DNA of 64,000 bases from Takakia lepidozioides (taxonomy: Eukaryota > Plantae > Bryophyta). Each line of letters starts with the position of its first letter. Positions within the stretch are counted from its first letter, which is position 1. The notes below the pieces were generated by a model that saw only the letters and a program-made list of their open reading frames with translations, was not told the DNA's origin and ran no database searches. This document shows, in pieces, positions 59,435 through 64,000 of this stretch. A program made the translations under genes and the position numbers. The stretch covers positions 61,132,001 through 61,196,000 of the forward strand of contig CM060733.1 in the NCBI GenBank assembly GCA_030704615.1, written 5' to 3'.

Positions 59435-60203
59435 GAAATGGGGCACCGCATTTCCAAAATTTTGGCAACTCTAAAAACCTCTTTTGGAAATGCGGCACCG
59501 CATTTCCAAAACAGGGGAGGACTAAATTTTCCATTTCAATGTTGGCATAGTAAAAGTAATCGGCGGCCGATTTGAAAATGCGGCGCCGCATTTCCAAAAT
59601 TTCCTTTGTCCACACGCCAGTTTTGACCTCTCCCGCTCATTGCATGGATGCCACCACGCTTACAGAGGTCGAACAAGGAGGTCAAACAGGAGGTCGAGAT
59701 GGCGGAATTGGAAATGCGGTGCCGCATTTCCATATTGGGGATGGTCGTTGTTCGAACTGCAGGCCCATCAGCAAAAATTGGCACGGCATTCCATTGTCAA
59801 AAAAAAGTCGATGACGGACATGGAAATGCGGCGCCGCATTTCCAGAACGGACATCGCAATTTGTCCATTTGCAGACCCTCTCACGGAAATGCGGTAACGC
59901 ATTCCATCGCGCTGGTCGGAAATGTCACACTTTTCGAAGTGTTGGACGGAAATGCGGCACCGCATTCCCTTGTCCAAAAAGAAGTTTCCATTGCCAAGCT
60001 GGAAATGCGTCGCCGCATTTGCAATGCCAACCTCGTTGTCTGTCCAATTTATAGACCCGTGTTGGTATTTCGTGTACCTGGACGGAAATGATGCACCGCA
60101 TTCCATTGTCCGACACTGAAATGCGGTTCATACATTTCCATGTCGGCATTGAAATGCGGCACCGCATTCCAATGTCCGACATGGAAATTCGGTGCCGCAT
60201 TTC
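59435..60203. repeat. Cluster of about 12 copies of the 20-bp palindrome GAAATGCGGCGCCGCATTTC
   Basis: Copies at 59435, 59487, 59575, 59711, 59823, 59886, 59949, 60002, 60085, 60118 (half), 60151 and 60184. Confidence 0.92.
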
Positions 60204-60411
60204 AATGTCCGACATGGCGTTGCTCTGGTATATTCTTGACACAGGACTCTCATACCGGTTACTCTGGTATATCATGCGGACAGACAAATTGTAGAAATGA
60301 GACATCAAATTGTAAACAGAAGTGAGGTACGATGGGTTTATTGATCGGACACGATGTCTCACATTTACCAACTGCAGACAAAACTAAGCCCTTCCTCCTT
60401 CTACATGGGCT

Positions 60412-61018
60412 TCACCAAGTCGACGGAACTTCGATACCCCTCAAAACAAGCTCATTACTGCTGCGGCACCTCGAGGTAAACTGCAATTTGGTCGTTCTGC
60501 TGCCCTTGTTGGAGCCGATGACAATGTCATGTCCATCAATGATACCACCATCATACATTGACAAGGTCACTGTGGGCCTCATGTGCCCGTGCGATTCGTC
60601 TTCGCAACTCAGCCGAATGTCTCCATACACTGGAAGAGCGGAGTGATCTGCACGTATATAGTTTTCCCCGGTGCCGTCCTCCCTGGTCCACTGGCAGCAG
60701 TTCCAGCGCCAAAGCGAGGCCGTGCGTGATTTGTCCGGCATCCCTTTCAGCTTGGTATATCGAGGTCAACAATTTTCAGGACCCACGGACCGCATTGACC
60801 CTCGCCCTCACCTCGCTCAAAGCGGTAATAGCCCTCCAGATACTCCATTGCGCGCAAAGACTCTTGCTTGATTCCAGCAGCGTCTGTGAAAACAGAGAGC
60901 CAGACAATGATGTCTCCTGATTCTGGTTTGAACATAGCATAATCGTGGCCATGATAGGGCAGTCGGCTGGATTTCGGCGGCACGACATCCTTGAAAAAGA
61001 GTAGCGGAGTACGCTCAA
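60412..61018 (-). pseudogene. Unknown MULE-borne protein, paralog 1 (two frameshifts)
   Basis: Colinear protein similarity to 61395-62105 (YAM...SGDI, PW.L.I.D.D.PS, RWNCC.WT..D..GE.Y, P.YGDIR, DGG.I.G.DIV, ELVLR..EVP). Confidence 0.75.
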
Positions 61019-61394
61019 TGACAGCAGCTCCCGGATGAGGAGGAGTAGCGCGGTGGCCGGAAAAAGTTCAAGCTAAACGCTGCAATTCCTCACAAACACT
61101 CCAGGGCACATTTAAATTTCCCCCCTACAGGATCCTGGACCGATGAAGATTGGCTGCTGCATGAATGTAGCCGTTTCAGTTTCTACCCTGCCATGCAAAC
61201 TATGGGCAGTCACTGCCAGGTGGGCCGATAGCCACTGGACACGACGAAGTCCATCCCCTCTTCGATGTAAATGCGGCGCCGAATTTCCATCCGGGGGATG
61301 GACTTCGGTGGCAGATCTCAACTATAACTTGTTGATGAGAAAGATGTATGGGTTCATCCACCGCTAGCGTGATGAACACGTTCCACCTCCGTCG

Positions 61395-62105
61395 GTGGGT
61401 ACGTGGGACCCAGATGCTCCATTATTGGAGGCCGGACTGCTCTTCCGCTTCGCATCATTTCCAAAATCTAAGGGCTTCGTAGCTGTCCGCAAGGTCATTG
61501 TCATCGGCATCCAAGTCGTCCTCAGGTCCTCCTTTGCAAGGATGCCATGCTTCCGGAACCGGGACGACTGCCCATTTGGAGGCATCAATTATGCAATGTA
61601 TTCGGCCACATCGGGAGACATTGTTATCTGGTACACAGATTACAGAGAAGATACTGGTTCGATTGTGGAAACATTGGTGGCTTTTGAGTATATCCTAGAC
61701 CACTACGCCTTCGAGCGGGGTGACGATCTTGGTCTGAGGAGTCCGTGGCTCCTGCGCATCCTCGATTCCGATTTTCCCAGCTACAACGGTCACCCATGCA
61801 GAAGAAGGCGCACTGCTATGCTGTTGCGGTGGAACTGCTGCCACTGGACGTGGGTGGACTCCATTGGAGAGACCTATTCTCCTGAAGGAGTGCGCTCCTC
61901 TTCTCCATTGTATGGGGACATTCGCATTGGTGTGGACGATGAAAACGTGAAGATTTCCATATTCGATGGTGGTATGATTGAAGGGCAGGACATTGTGGTG
62001 AACATCACTAGGGGCGGTACAACGGCTGCAATCGACTTTACCTGGAGGAGCCCCATGACTCATGAGCTAGTTCTGAGAGCAGTCGAAGTCCCATTGACAA
62101 CGTGA
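61395..62105 (+). CDS. Unknown MULE-borne protein, paralog 2 (open frame; start uncertain)
   Basis: 236-codon ORF; coding status is supported by amino-acid-level conservation with the divergent paralog. Confidence 0.7.
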   Translation: MGTWDPDAPLLEAGLLFRFASFPKSKGFVAVRKVIVIGIQVVLRSSFARMPCFRNRDDCPFGGINYAMYSATSGDIVIWYTDYREDTGSIVETLVAFEYILDHYAFERGDDLGLRSPWLLRILDSDFPSYNGHPCRRRRTAMLLRWNCCHWTWVDSIGETYSPEGVRSSSPLYGDIRIGVDDENVKISIFDGGMIEGQDIVVNITRGGTTAAIDFTWRSPMTHELVLRAVEVPLTT

Positions 62106-62566
62106 CTTGTATTCAGTAGGCACAGGGCTAAAGATTTGATTGCACAATCAGCACAGTAGACGTGCTTCAAATGCAATTCATGTGGATCAATAAAAACCTC
62201 ATTGTGCCCTCTTTTTATTCTATTCTGTGTCCATCGTTCCGAGAATGCGTCATTGCTCATTTCGTTTGGGATTGGGAGTGTGGGTGGATTTTGCAAGTGG
62301 CTGGTAGGCTGAAATGGGCCCCCATTGTACAGAGCAGTACCACCCTTCTATTCGCGAAACATTGCCTTTCAATATATAATTCTAAATAACATTGCCGAAC
62401 CTCCTTCATCGGGAGGTCCTTCTCCCCCTATGACCGTGGCACCCTAAACCCTATTCCCGCGGACACTCTTTTCCGGAAAATAGTGTTGCTCATGTTTTTT
62501 TCCACACTTACGACTCTGCTCGTGGCTCATGGCTCGTGGCTCATGGCTCATGAAATAGCAGCCCCC

Positions 62567-64000
62567 CTTGAGGTCATCCAAGATGTCCACCCCCATGTCA
62601 CTGACTGGAACAAGTTCAGGGAAGTTCTCTACCTAACTTCATTTTCATCAAACAATCTCATGGCAACAGACATGGCTTCCGACACTACAGCCTCTAAGTC
62701 AGATTTATCCAGCAGGGTCAAGACTTGCGGATCCAGGTCAAGGTCCTTGAGAATCTTTTCTACTCTCTTCTGCCAGGACTTCGCCTGTTTGACAGGGTTT
62801 AGGGTTTCCAAGATATAGAGTCGATTAACTTAGGATATCCGGTGTTGGGCATATGTTGCAGCTGACCCCACCATCTGACCTTGATTTCATCTCGTCGGGA
62901 GCTTAATGATGGAATGCCAAACTCTCCCCGAACAGCCACATTGGCTGTTTTGGAGCATGCTGACATACACTCCTTAAGCGCCCCCACTTGAATGGATTCT
63001 AGAGACTTAGCCTGGTTGGAGTTATCAACCCATATAGCATATCCGTACTCCAAGGCAGGTCTACTAACGCGAGAAAGCATGGTTTTCTTAACCTCAGAGT
63101 TGACCCCTGTGCAGTGGAAAATTTAGTGAGCCCCAGAGCTTTGCCCATTTGGTGAGAGAACCCCAGACAGTGTATCAGAAAATGAATATTGTCTTCAGAT
63201 TGCCCACACAATGGGCAGTGCACTCCCCCTTTCCTCTCTGCTTCTGTTTGTTGTTCAAAGGTAGGCTTCCTGCCCTGAGTTTAAATTTCAGTCTAGTGCC
63301 GAGAGTGGGTGGACCCTTGAGGTCATCCAAGATGTCCACCCCCATGTCACTGACTGGAACAAGTTCAGGGAAGTTCTCTGCCTAACTTCATTTTCATCAG
63401 ACAATCTCATGGCAATAGACATGGCTTCCGACACTACAGCCTCTAAGTCAGATTTATCCAGCAGGGTCAAGACTTGCGGATCCAGGTCAAGGTCCTTGAG
63501 AATCTTTTCTACTCTCTTCTGCCAGGACTTCGCCTGTTTGACAGGGTTTAGGGTTTCCAAGATATAGAGTCGATTAACTTAGGATATCCGGTGTTGGGCA
63601 TATGTTGCAGCTGACCCCACCATCTGACCTTGATTTCATCTCGTCGGGAGCTTAATGATGGAATGCCAAACTCACCCCGAACAGCCACATTGGCTGTTTT
63701 GGAGCATGCTGACATACACTCCTTAAGCGCCCCCACTTGAATGGATTCTAGAGACTTAGCCTGGTTGGAGTTATCAACCCATATAGCATATCCGTACTCC
63801 AAGGCAGGTCTACTAACGCGAGAAAGCATGGTTTTCTTAACCTCAGAGTTGACCCCTGTGCAGTGGAAAATTTAGTGAGCCCCAGAGCTTTGCCCATTTG
63901 GTGAGAGAACCCCAGACAGTGTATCAGAAAATGAATATTGTCTTCAGATTGCCCACACAATGGGCAGTGCACTCCCCCTTTCCTCTCTGCTTCTGTTTGC
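62567..64000 (-). repeat. 749-bp LINE-derived tandem array, right part (runs off the window)
   Basis: Period 749 (62799 vs 63548; 62999 vs 63748); resumes exactly where the left part stops. Confidence 0.95.

Larger units (their letters stand above)
41739..62566 (+). mobile_element. Large Mutator-like (MULE) DNA transposon, ~20.8 kb including nested insertions and a gap
   Basis: TIRs GAGGTTTACTATTTCATGAGC / GCTCATGAAATAGCAGCCCCC with subterminal CAYGAGC repeats. TSD CTTGAGGT (41731-41738, 62567-62574), extendable to 9-10 bp. The empty site is visible in neighbouring array units. Confidence 0.88.

Noticed and set aside
59435-60203. CRISPR array
   Set aside because: Spacer lengths are irregular, several spacers resemble each other, there are no cas genes, the context is eukaryotic, and the motif is also scattered singly through the transposon.

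Overview
Non-seed land-plant nuclear DNA (bryophyte-like; species not determinable). The left 37 kb is gene-rich: a 5'-partial PLS-class DYW PPR editing factor, an HMGB gene, a DWNN/zinc-knuckle/RING (RBBP6/PQT3-like) E3 ligase and a CIP111/AFG2-type AAA ATPase. These are interspersed with a decayed Replitron-type HUH transposase, LINE relics, SINE-like elements and MITEs. The right 26 kb is nested mobile DNA. A 749-bp tandem array derived from a LINE ORF2 segment is split by a ~20.8-kb Mutator-like (MULE) element (41739-62566) with short TIRs and an 8-10 bp TSD. Besides its DDE transposase, the MULE carries a spliced gene with a beta-class N4C/N6A amino-methyltransferase-like domain, a cluster of 20-bp palindromes and a head-to-head pair of paralogous genes of unknown family. 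Inserted into that MTase-like gene is a Ty3/gypsy retrotransposon whose pol contains a DNMT3-like C5 cytosine methyltransferase between protease and RT and a PHD finger after integrase, with an abnormal LTR arrangement. Many 1-bp frameshifts between about 42.6 and 61 kb could be real decay or consensus errors. A 500-N gap lies at 44168-44667.
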